IMG/VR virus record: IMGVR_UViG_3300030613_000016
Location: 1-47,712 of that record
DNA from: a virus
Lineage: Duplodnaviria > Caudoviricetes
Strand: one strand, 5' to 3'
DNA length: 47,712 nt
Shown here one piece after another: positions 19,089 to 27,265 of the stretch. The number at the start of each line of letters is the position of its first letter. Position 1 is the first letter of the stretch. The position numbers and the translations under genes are program-made. The notes under the pieces are model-generated. The model had not been told where the DNA came from, made no database searches, and was given only the letters and a program-made list of their open reading frames with translations.

Positions 19089-21403
19089 TGCTTAATTTTG
19101 CTGTAATGAATATTGCTAATGTAGGAAGAGAAATATATGTTTGGCATAGAATTGGCAGAACTCTTTCTTGTTTTAAGGATAAAACTTTCTACCCATATTT
19201 TTATTCTGTTGACCCTAAAGGACTTTTCCGCACAATAGACAATAAAAAAGTTAGTAAAGTAGTTTGTAGTCACCCTTCTGATGTAAAAAATAGAAGAGAC
19301 GAGAATTCTTATGAAGCCGATATTTTATTTACTAAACGATATATTATAGATAAGATAACTTCGTTTGATAAGGCAGATTTAAAGTATTCTTTTGTAGATA
19401 TAGAAGTTCTTACTAAAGAATTACCCAATTATCTTTATCCTGAACAACCTATAAGTTGTATTAGTTGTAGTAATTCTTATACAAGAGAGATTAAGACTTT
19501 TTGGATAAAAAATTATCAACCAGAGCAAATGGAAGACAATGAATCGGCGGAAAAAATATTATTAGATGAATTTATTAAATGGATAAAAGAACAACAATTT
19601 GATTTGATTTTAGGTTGGAATTTTATTGAATTTGATTGGCGTTATCTTTGTGCTCGTTATAAAAAAATATTTGGTTGTGAATTAGCAGAAATGCTTAGCC
19701 CAATTAATCAATCTCGTTATTTAGGAAGTTCTAAGCAAGAAATAGAACCTAATCTAATTCCAGCAGGATTAAGTATTATGGATTATTTAGAAATGTATAA
19801 AAAGATTTATCGTACAGAATCTTCTTATGCATTAGATATGATTGCTCAAAAACATCTAAATGACAAAAGTTTTAAAAAGGTAGATTTTAGTAGATTGTCT
19901 GATGAAATTAAAGAAAAAAATATAAATGATGTAAGAAGAATGATAGATATTGAGAAAAAACTTAAAATTATTGAATATTATGATGAACTTAGGCGTATGA
20001 GTATGTGTGAATGGGCAGATGTTACCTGGAATAGTAAGATGTTAGATATAATTCTTTTACGAGAAGCTAAACAAAAAGGAATAATCTTACCTTCTAAACA
20101 TTATGGAGAAGGAATTGAAGTAGAAGAAATAGGATTTGAGGGGGCTTATAGAAGGTGTGATACTGGTCTTTATAAAGGATTGTATAAACTCGACCTTTCT
20201 TCAGCTTATCCAATGGCAATTATTAATTTCTGCCTGGATATTTCAAACATTAAAAATGAAGGAATTACCATAAACAAGGTAAAATTTTACCAGAATGAAA
20301 ATGCTTTACTTCCTACGATTGCAAGAAAGTTAATTAGTAAAAAAGATATTTTAAAATCGCAACTTAAATCTGCAAATCCAGAATTAGAAGAAACTAAAGA
20401 TTTACAGATTAAATATAATGCAATTAAAGCTGTAGTTAATTCACTTTTTGGAGTATGTGGATTGAAGATTTTTAGATTATTTGATTATAGAGTAGCTGCA
20501 AGTATTACATTTTTAATTAGGGATTTATTACACTACATTGAAGATGAATTGAAAAAACGTAGTGTAAATGTAATTTATATAGATACCGATTCATTTTTTA
20601 TTGAATCTAGAGATAATCCAAAAGATTTATGCAATGAATTAATAAAACAATGGGCAAAAGAAAAATATAATAAAGATAAAATAGATATTGTATTTGATTT
20701 AGAAGGTCAGTTTGAAAAACTTTTTATTATTGCTTTATGCCATTATAAAGGATATTTATCTACACCAAAAGGTGTAAAAGAAGAAATAAAAGGTATTGAA
20801 GCTCGTAGAAAGGATAGTTCTAATTTTATCAGAGAATTCCAAACTAATCTTATAGAAAAAATAATGAATGAAGAACCAATAGAAGAATGTGTTAAATGGA
20901 TTAATTCAGAAAAAGAAAGAATTAAAACATTACCATTAATAGATATTGGATTTCCTTGCAGAATTTCTAAAACAGAAGGATATAAATCAATTCCAATTTT
21001 TTTAAGAGCTTTACAATATACGCAAGAATTAGTACCTACTTTTCAGAAAAATACTGGAGACAGTTTTTATTGGTTGCCAGTTATTCCCTTTGGTACATCT
21101 ATAAGAAAATCTAGTAGAAATAAAACTGATAAGGAAACTGGAGAAAAATCGATACAATCTTCAGAAAAAGAAGTTAATAAAGATGTTCTATGTTATGATG
21201 AAGATTGTTATGAGCATATTAAGGAAGTAAATTGGGAAAAAGTAATTGATAAGAGTATCACAATGAAATGTGAAGCAATCTTTTTGGCATTAAAATGGGA
21301 TTTATCTTTAATAAAAGAAATTAAACCTAAAAAAGAACGGAAAAACAAAATACCTACAGAAGAAGAACTCAATGAAGAACTTAAAAAAAGAGGACTAATT
21401 TAA
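19088..21403 (+). CDS. polB: family B DNA polymerase
   Basis: Exo FVDIE and GWN...FD; motif A DLSSAYP, motif B KAVVNSLFG, motif C YIDTDS; KGIEARRKD. Confidence 0.95.
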   Translation: MLNFAVMNIANVGREIYVWHRIGRTLSCFKDKTFYPYFYSVDPKGLFRTIDNKKVSKVVCSHPSDVKNRRDENSYEADILFTKRYIIDKITSFDKADLKYSFVDIEVLTKELPNYLYPEQPISCISCSNSYTREIKTFWIKNYQPEQMEDNESAEKILLDEFIKWIKEQQFDLILGWNFIEFDWRYLCARYKKIFGCELAEMLSPINQSRYLGSSKQEIEPNLIPAGLSIMDYLEMYKKIYRTESSYALDMIAQKHLNDKSFKKVDFSRLSDEIKEKNINDVRRMIDIEKKLKIIEYYDELRRMSMCEWADVTWNSKMLDIILLREAKQKGIILPSKHYGEGIEVEEIGFEGAYRRCDTGLYKGLYKLDLSSAYPMAIINFCLDISNIKNEGITINKVKFYQNENALLPTIARKLISKKDILKSQLKSANPELEETKDLQIKYNAIKAVVNSLFGVCGLKIFRLFDYRVAASITFLIRDLLHYIEDELKKRSVNVIYIDTDSFFIESRDNPKDLCNELIKQWAKEKYNKDKIDIVFDLEGQFEKLFIIALCHYKGYLSTPKGVKEEIKGIEARRKDSSNFIREFQTNLIEKIMNEEPIEECVKWINSEKERIKTLPLIDIGFPCRISKTEGYKSIPIFLRALQYTQELVPTFQKNTGDSFYWLPVIPFGTSIRKSSRNKTDKETGEKSIQSSEKEVNKDVLCYDEDCYEHIKEVNWEKVIDKSITMKCEAIFLALKWDLSLIKEIKPKKERKNKIPTEEELNEELKKRGLI

Positions 21404-22275
21404 TGGATTTATCTAAATTAACTAATGAAGAATTATTAAAACTTAAATCTAAATTCGCAGGGGAAGTGTCGAAAAAGACATACGGAACTTCCAGTTCCGA
21501 GAGTAGCGTGCAAGTCGCTAACCCTGCTCCAAAAATTAGTAAACGACCTTCTTATACTCAAGATTTTATAAAAGTAGAAATACCCAAAGCCAATGAATAT
21601 AATAAAGAAATAGATTTAAAAGATTTAGAAATCAAACAAATTGATTATTCATTAGCTAAAATATTTATCAAAGAAAATCATTATTCTCATACAATTCCGT
21701 CTTCGGTAAAAGTTTCTTTAGGATTTTATTATAAAGAAGAATTAAAAACAGCGATAATTTATGGTGCACCTGTAGGAAGAAATGTTACAAATTGGTTACA
21801 GGTGGAACATTCTAATTGTTTAGAATTAGTAAGATTATTTTCGGCAGAAGGTATGCCAAAAAATACGGAAAGTTATTGTATTAGTAAGTCATTTCAATTT
21901 TTAAAACAAAATTACCCCCAATATAAATATTTAATTTCTTATGCAGACCCCAATCATGGACATTGTGGATATATTTATCAAGCAACGAATTGGAAATATG
22001 TAGGAATTCAAAGAAGAATCTTAAAAGAAAGAATCATATTAATCGATGGAAAAGAAGTTCATTCTCGAACTTTAAATGCAAAACATGGGTCTAATGCTGA
22101 TGATAAATTAAAAGAAATTTATGGGGATAGATTAGAAATTAAAGGAGCATTAAAAAAATATGTTTATCTTATGTGCTTGGGAAATCATAAAGAATGTAAA
22201 GAATGGTATAATAAATTTACTTTTTTGCCTTATCCAAAAGCTCATAATGATATTATAGAAGGAAAAGCACAATAA
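21403..22275 (+). CDS. mom: Mom-family (GNAT-fold) DNA adenine modification protein with tRNA-encoded N-terminal extension
   Basis: HYSH, ELVRL...KNTES..IS, LISYADPNHGHCGYIYQATNW.YVG; TAATG coupling to polB. Confidence 0.85.
   Translation: MDLSKLTNEELLKLKSKFAGEVSKKTYGTSSSESSVQVANPAPKISKRPSYTQDFIKVEIPKANEYNKEIDLKDLEIKQIDYSLAKIFIKENHYSHTIPSSVKVSLGFYYKEELKTAIIYGAPVGRNVTNWLQVEHSNCLELVRLFSAEGMPKNTESYCISKSFQFLKQNYPQYKYLISYADPNHGHCGYIYQATNWKYVGIQRRILKERIILIDGKEVHSRTLNAKHGSNADDKLKEIYGDRLEIKGALKKYVYLMCLGNHKECKEWYNKFTFLPYPKAHNDIIEGKAQ
21457..21531 (+). tRNA. tRNA-Gly(UCC)-like, non-canonical, nested in frame in mom
   Basis: Acceptor GCAGGG/CCCTGC plus T-CCA; D stem GTGTC/GACAT; anticodon stem CGGAA/TTCCG with loop CTTCCAG; T stem TAGCG/CGCTA with loop TGCAAGT; 75 nt. 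Confidence 0.85.
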
Positions 22276-22276
22276 A

Positions 22277-22855
22277 ATGAACTTTAAAATAAAAGATATT
22301 GAAAAAAGATTAGGATTTAAATTAAAAAGAAACACATATGTCTTGGGCGTGGATACTGCATCTATTACAGGATTAGCCATTCTTGAAACCGATAAAAAAT
22401 CTTTAAAAATTAAGACTTCTATTTTTAAATTACCTATAGTAAAAAAGACTGATGAATTATCTGATAAATTTGTTGAGAAATTAGAGTTTATGTTATTATC
22501 TATTAGAGATTTTAAAAAGACTATTGCTGTAAAAAAATTTGAACAAAGAAAATCAATTTTAGTATTAGAAAATTCTTTTCTTAGTCTTAATCCAGTAACA
22601 TTTGGACTTCTTCGCATGCTTTGTGGTATTATTTTTGCAGAATTATTTGATAATTTTGAAGAAATTAAAATCATATTTCCCAATACTGCAAGAAAACAAA
22701 TAGGATTTAAATCTCAATTAAAAAGAGGAAGCAAAAGAGAAGAGAAGAAAAAAGAATTAATAAATTTTATCAATAGTATTTTTGGAACTAAAGAAACTTC
22801 AGATGATATTATTGATGCCATTATTTTAGCACTTAATGGATTAAAGGAGAAATAA
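22277..22855 (+). CDS. RuvC-like Holliday junction resolvase
   Basis: VLGVDTAS.TG, VLEN, DDIIDA. Confidence 0.75.
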   Translation: MNFKIKDIEKRLGFKLKRNTYVLGVDTASITGLAILETDKKSLKIKTSIFKLPIVKKTDELSDKFVEKLEFMLLSIRDFKKTIAVKKFEQRKSILVLENSFLSLNPVTFGLLRMLCGIIFAELFDNFEEIKIIFPNTARKQIGFKSQLKRGSKREEKKKELINFINSIFGTKETSDDIIDAIILALNGLKEK

Positions 22856-22856
22856 A

Positions 22857-23090
22857 ATGTGTGAATATAATTATAAATTTTGTTATCATTGTCAAACTTA
22901 TTATATACATACAATAGAAGGACGTTGCTCTGTATGTTGTAATTTAAATTATCCGAATAATATTCAATTTAATTATGAATGTCCTGATTGTAAAGGGAAA
23001 TTTAATACTCCTGCTTATGTTAGTAATGGAACTTCTGCTTTTGTTTGGAAATGTCCTTTTTGTGGAAGAAAATTAGAGGGATTAAATTAA
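22857..23090 (+). CDS. zinc-ribbon protein
   Basis: CYHC, CSVC, CPDC, CPFC. Confidence 0.6.
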   Translation: MCEYNYKFCYHCQTYYIHTIEGRCSVCCNLNYPNNIQFNYECPDCKGKFNTPAYVSNGTSAFVWKCPFCGRKLEGLN

Positions 23091-23320
23091 TGAAAAAATT
23101 AATTACTATTTTAGTATTAATTAGTAGTTTATTAATATTTCCAGTTTATGCTGCAACACCCAAATTTAAAGTACATATATTAAAAAATTTACTTCCTGGT
23201 GTTAATTATTCTATTAATTACCCCGTAGTTATTGATTATGATAATGATTCTGATTTAGACATACTACTAATAACCAAAGAAGGTTGTATTTATTTTTTGG
23301 AGAATTTATTAAATGAGTGA
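23090..23320 (+). CDS. secreted protein with one FG-GAP-like Ca-binding repeat
   Basis: Signal peptide; PVVIDYDNDSDLDILL...YFLEN; TAATG start. Confidence 0.6.
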   Translation: MKKLITILVLISSLLIFPVYAATPKFKVHILKNLLPGVNYSINYPVVIDYDNDSDLDILLITKEGCIYFLENLLNE

Positions 23321-23379
23321 TTGGAAAGAAGAATTAACAGAAAAAGAAAAAGAACTGAATATAAAAAAGGAGGAAGAAA

Positions 23380-23472
23380 ATGTTCGTACTCGGATTGATA
23401 GTAGGAGCAATAGTCGGAATAGCATTGGGAGGAGCAGGAGCATACATTTATTTGAACGTAACAAAGAAATAA
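23380..23472 (+). CDS. 30-aa single-TM microprotein (not in ORF track)
   Basis: SD AAGGAGG; MFVLGLIVGAIVGIALGGAGAYIYLNVTKK. Confidence 0.65.
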   Translation: MFVLGLIVGAIVGIALGGAGAYIYLNVTKK

Positions 23473-23501
23473 ATAATATTACAGGAAAAGGAGGTAAAGG
23501 A

Positions 23502-23708
23502 ATGATAACGGTAGAAGGAGCACTTAAAGATTTAGAAGCAATCGAAAAGGAAGCTAATGATACTGGTGCAAAAGCAGTAGTAAAGGCTTTAAAGGTAGTG
23601 GTAAAATTTCTTTCTACAATGAGAACCAATCAACTTTTGACAGAACCAGAAAAAATAGTAATTGCTAAAGCACGTAAAGAACGCCAGGCAAAAGAAGAAA
23701 CAAAATAG
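23502..23708 (+). CDS. hypothetical helical protein
   Basis: SD AAGGAGGT before ATG 23502; the track ORF from 23313 is probably over-extended. Confidence 0.6.
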   Translation: MITVEGALKDLEAIEKEANDTGAKAVVKALKVVVKFLSTMRTNQLLTEPEKIVIAKARKERQAKEETK

Positions 23709-23715
23709 TATTAAT

Positions 23716-23740
23716 GATGGGGTAGAGAAATCTCCCCATC
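23716..23740 (+). other. GC-rich hairpin with GAAA tetraloop
   Basis: GATGGGG-T-AGA-GAAA-TCT-CCCCATC; no U tract. Confidence 0.55.
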
Positions 23741-23894
23741 CCAAAGAGGTAAAAGATGATATACTGCGTAAAAATAAGAGATTATATAGAACAAGATGAA
23801 AAATGTATTAATTGTATTTTTTATCTTTATGATGAAGATACTTGTGATTGGGAAAATTGGCACCCTGGATTAAAGAAAGGAAAAGATTTAGAAA

Positions 23895-24275
23895 ATGATA
23901 ATAGAAATAACTAAACAAAATATTTTATATTTCACAGGTGCGTTAGTTGCTATAACTGGATGGTTTGATGCTTATAAGTATCATGTAAGTGCACAGGTTA
24001 TTCGTAAAGTAGGTTTAGCAAAAGGTCATTCTCGCAGATTTATAAATTATGCTATATGGAATGATATAGCAAGAATTATTCATTGTATTTTATTACCTGA
24101 TTGGTGGCTTGTTATTAGTAGTATTATTGCTCTTATTTTTATGATTGAACATTTTTATACTCAATATTTATTTTATCCTTATAAATGTCGTGGTTTAATT
24201 GGATTCAAACGACCCAATTTATTGACTTATTTTATTAATAGTTTGGTATCAAATAAAATACGCAAACGTCTTTAA
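23895..24275 (+). CDS. PQ-loop/SemiSWEET-like membrane protein
   Basis: Three TM helices; Q.IRK...KGHS pattern. Confidence 0.45.
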   Translation: MIIEITKQNILYFTGALVAITGWFDAYKYHVSAQVIRKVGLAKGHSRRFINYAIWNDIARIIHCILLPDWWLVISSIIALIFMIEHFYTQYLFYPYKCRGLIGFKRPNLLTYFINSLVSNKIRKRL

Positions 24276-24287
24276 AGGAGGTTATTT

Positions 24288-24584
24288 ATGGCTACAATAA
24301 TATATTGCGACCTTTGTATGACACCTTTAAAAGAACATAATTATTTTATGTTATATGTTTCTGAACCCAAAGATACTAATTATGATGAATACAATTATAA
24401 TGAATATTTAAAAAAGGTGCAGAAGAGAGTTAAAGAAATTTGTCCTGGATGTAAACATGTTTTTGATAAAATGTTTGAATTAAAATTACAAAGATTATCG
24501 GAGTTGGCTAATGAGATTAATTTGATTTATGAATTACCTTCTAAAAAGAATCCAAAGGAGAGAAAAGATGGAAAAGAAAAGTAA
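24288..24584 (+). CDS. zinc-binding hypothetical protein
   Basis: SD AGGAGGT; CDLC...CPGC. Confidence 0.6.
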   Translation: MATIIYCDLCMTPLKEHNYFMLYVSEPKDTNYDEYNYNEYLKKVQKRVKEICPGCKHVFDKMFELKLQRLSELANEINLIYELPSKKNPKERKDGKEK

Positions 24585-24840
24585 AATTAAATCAGAATGT
24601 TGCAAAGTTCCAATTCGTTATTCAGATTTTGCTCCAGATTTTATTGGAGACGACCCAAAAACAATGCGAGTAGGAACTTGTTATGCTATTTGTAATAAAT
24701 GTAATCAACCTTGTAATATTTATATTCCTATAAGAAAAACATGGAAAATTAATCCTGCTACTAAAGTTAAGGGAGATAAACGTGAAAAAATTAAAGATAA
24801 AGAAATTAATAAAGAAATTCAAGAAATCGGACACGCTTAA
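24568..24840 (+). CDS. zinc-binding hypothetical protein
   Basis: SD AAGGAG; SECC...CNKCNQPC. Confidence 0.55.
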   Translation: MEKKSKIKSECCKVPIRYSDFAPDFIGDDPKTMRVGTCYAICNKCNQPCNIYIPIRKTWKINPATKVKGDKREKIKDKEINKEIQEIGHA

Positions 24841-24909
24841 AATCTTCGGGGAACAACCACACAATTTTGTTCCTTACGATGGACATCCTCATAGTAATGA
24901 TTGGAGATA

Positions 24910-25908
24910 ATGATGAATAATATCTTACTTTTCTCAGACCTTCATATTACACAATCCTCACTTAAAGAATGTATCCTAATTCTTGAAGAAATTGGAAGTA
25001 TAGTTACAAAATGTAATGTTGATACTATAATAGATTTAGGGGATACATTCAATTCTCTCAAACCTTCTTCTATAGAATTGGATACTTTTGCTACCTTTAT
25101 TAGAAGAGTTAATAAAAAAATTATTATACTTGCAGCAAATTCTCATGAATCTGAAACAGAACAGCAAAGTATTTTAAATCATTATGGCATTTTATCCAAT
25201 AATGTACAAATTGTCAAAGAATTCAAAGATGGTAATCATCTTTATTGTGGACATTTTTCTATAAAAGAATCCATAAATAATTATGATGCTAAATTTTCTA
25301 AAGAAGATTTTAAAAATTATTTATATGTTTTTTTAGGACATATTCATTCTTATCAATTAATAAAACCTAATATAATTCATCTTGGGTCTAGTCGATATGT
25401 TTCTTTTGATGAAGTTAAAGATAAGGCAAAAATTGTGGCTCTCATTACCGATTATGGTGCAGAAACTGAAAGGGTTCATTTTATGAAGTTAAAATCACCT
25501 ATACCAATGCAAGAGTTAAGGTTAAGTCAAAAGACCTTTTTAGAGGGGTCTAATGATGCCACCCAAGAGGAGAAAGTAGCAGGTAGAGCCGAAGAAAACG
25601 GTTTCTTAGGGCTTTTTGAAGGGGTATCCGAGCTTTCTACCTATTTGGGCAAAATAGACCCAAATACCAAAGTCAAGATAAAAATCCTGGATTTTGAATC
25701 GTTTCGTCAATTTCTTCCTTTAGTAGATAAATATAGTAATAAATTCCATTTATTTAAATACGAAACAAATTTTACAGTTATTTCGGATAATAATAAAAAA
25801 CAAGGACAAACTGAAATAAATAGTTTTAAAGAATCCTTTATTAATTGGCTTAAAAATCAAAAAATAGACCCCCAAATTACGGAAATTCTACAAAAAGAGG
25901 TCGAATAA
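24910..25908 (+). CDS. SbcD/Mre11 (gp47-like) nuclease
   Basis: FSDLH, DLGDTF, NSHE, GHF, LGHIH, GS. Confidence 0.85.
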   Translation: MMNNILLFSDLHITQSSLKECILILEEIGSIVTKCNVDTIIDLGDTFNSLKPSSIELDTFATFIRRVNKKIIILAANSHESETEQQSILNHYGILSNNVQIVKEFKDGNHLYCGHFSIKESINNYDAKFSKEDFKNYLYVFLGHIHSYQLIKPNIIHLGSSRYVSFDEVKDKAKIVALITDYGAETERVHFMKLKSPIPMQELRLSQKTFLEGSNDATQEEKVAGRAEENGFLGLFEGVSELSTYLGKIDPNTKVKIKILDFESFRQFLPLVDKYSNKFHLFKYETNFTVISDNNKKQGQTEINSFKESFINWLKNQKIDPQITEILQKEVE

Positions 25909-26436
25909 ATGGCAAATCATGAAGATAGACCTATAAGAGATACAATACATTTGTTATTGGCTTTTCGAAGAAGAAAAAATAATCCCGATTTAACTAATGA
26001 ATGTATTAGAGTGGTTATTAGTGATTATAATCTGGATTTATTTTTATTAAAAGAAAAATGTAAAAAATTAGGTGGAACTTGGAGAATTCATCATACAGTT
26101 AATGCAAGAGATACTAAAAAAGCAAGAATTTGGATATTACATAAACTTATAGAAACCTCGCAATTTGATGGTTGTATTGATTCTATTTGGAAAACAGCAT
26201 TATTACAATCTGAATGTAAAGCAGAAAATAATTTTATGTTTGATGTAGATACAAAAGATAATAATGAACTTATCCAAGTTTTAGATTTAATACCAGACAA
26301 AATAAAAATAGGTATAACTAAAACTCCTAATGGACATCATATAATTACAAAATCTTTTGATTCTCGGAAAGTTTTAGAATTATCTTATGTTACTTTAGTT
26401 AGAGATGGATATTATTTTCTTGAAGAAATTAAATGA
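25909..26436 (+). CDS. hypothetical protein with AEP/Prim-Pol-like motifs
   Basis: FMFDVD and TPNGHHII resemble the VIDVD/TPHGKH motifs of the primase at 9244. Confidence 0.4.
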   Translation: MANHEDRPIRDTIHLLLAFRRRKNNPDLTNECIRVVISDYNLDLFLLKEKCKKLGGTWRIHHTVNARDTKKARIWILHKLIETSQFDGCIDSIWKTALLQSECKAENNFMFDVDTKDNNELIQVLDLIPDKIKIGITKTPNGHHIITKSFDSRKVLELSYVTLVRDGYYFLEEIK

Positions 26437-26729
26437 TAATTAAATCTTTAAAGATTAATAATCTACAACTTATTAAATCTGCCGAAACTACTTTCGATAA
26501 GATTAACATTGTCTCAGGAATTAATCGAGACAATCCAAATGAAAGCGGTAATGGTTCGGGCAAATCTACTTTCGTCTTGCGAGCTATTTTATTTTGCCTT
26601 TATGGCTATTGTGAAGAAGGTCTTACTTTAAAAGATTTAATTCGTTTTGAAGAAAAAGAAGCAAGTGTGGAAATTGAATTAGAAAAAGATAATAAAACTT
26701 ACAAAATAATTAGGAAAATAGAATTATGA
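26433..26729 (+). CDS. SbcC/Rad50 ATPase, N-terminal half
   Basis: IKSLKINN, Walker A GNGSGKST, AILFCLYG, VEIEL...YKIIRK. Confidence 0.9.
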   Translation: MIIKSLKINNLQLIKSAETTFDKINIVSGINRDNPNESGNGSGKSTFVLRAILFCLYGYCEEGLTLKDLIRFEEKEASVEIELEKDNKTYKIIRKIEL

Positions 26730-27265
26730 AAAAACATAAATGTATAGATTGCGATAATTTAGTTAATTATGGATATTCTAGATGTAAATCTTGTGCTATG
26801 AAACATAATTGGAAGATTGGGCTTTATTCAGAAAGAATAATAATAGGTATAAATAATCCAAATCATAAAAAAGGATATTTCTGTATAGATAATTATTGTA
26901 AATGTGGAAGAAAAATTTCATCAGCTACAGCAGCATACGGTAAAAAAAGATGTTCTATATGTTCTCACAAAGAAGATTTAAACGGAAGTTATATAGATGG
27001 TAGAACAAAGAAATGGAAAAAAGTTAGTAAACAATGTCTTGAACGAGATAATTTTACTTGTATTTTATGTAAGATAAAAGGAATATATTTACAAGCACAT
27101 CATATTATTCATAGAAAAAACTGTATTGATATTTATGATATTAAAAATTTAATAACTTTATGCAGGAACTGTCATGCACAGATGACTAGAATAGAGTTTT
27201 CTAATGAATATTTATTTTATAAAAAAATATTCTTAAACTATATTAAAAATGAAAACAACTCTTAA
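26726..27265 (+). CDS. HNH homing endonuclease inserted in sbcC
   Basis: Zn fingers; ERDNFTCILC, AHHI...NLITLCRNCH. Confidence 0.9.
   Translation: MKKHKCIDCDNLVNYGYSRCKSCAMKHNWKIGLYSERIIIGINNPNHKKGYFCIDNYCKCGRKISSATAAYGKKRCSICSHKEDLNGSYIDGRTKKWKKVSKQCLERDNFTCILCKIKGIYLQAHHIIHRKNCIDIYDIKNLITLCRNCHAQMTRIEFSNEYLFYKKIFLNYIKNENNS

Noticed and set aside
17475-21403. Inteins in terminase or PolB
   Set aside because: Lengths and motif spacing are normal, and no splice-junction motifs were seen.
24841-24900. Hairpin GGAACAA...TTGTTCC upstream of sbcD as an ncRNA or terminator
   Set aside because: Short stem with a large loop and no U tract; not enough support.
25557-25650. Possible tRNA-Sec on the - strand (starts GCCCAAATAG, contains CTTCAAA, ends TTGGGTGGCA)
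   Set aside because: The bases flanking CTTCAAA do not pair into an anticodon stem and there is no T arm; kept only as a generic structured element.
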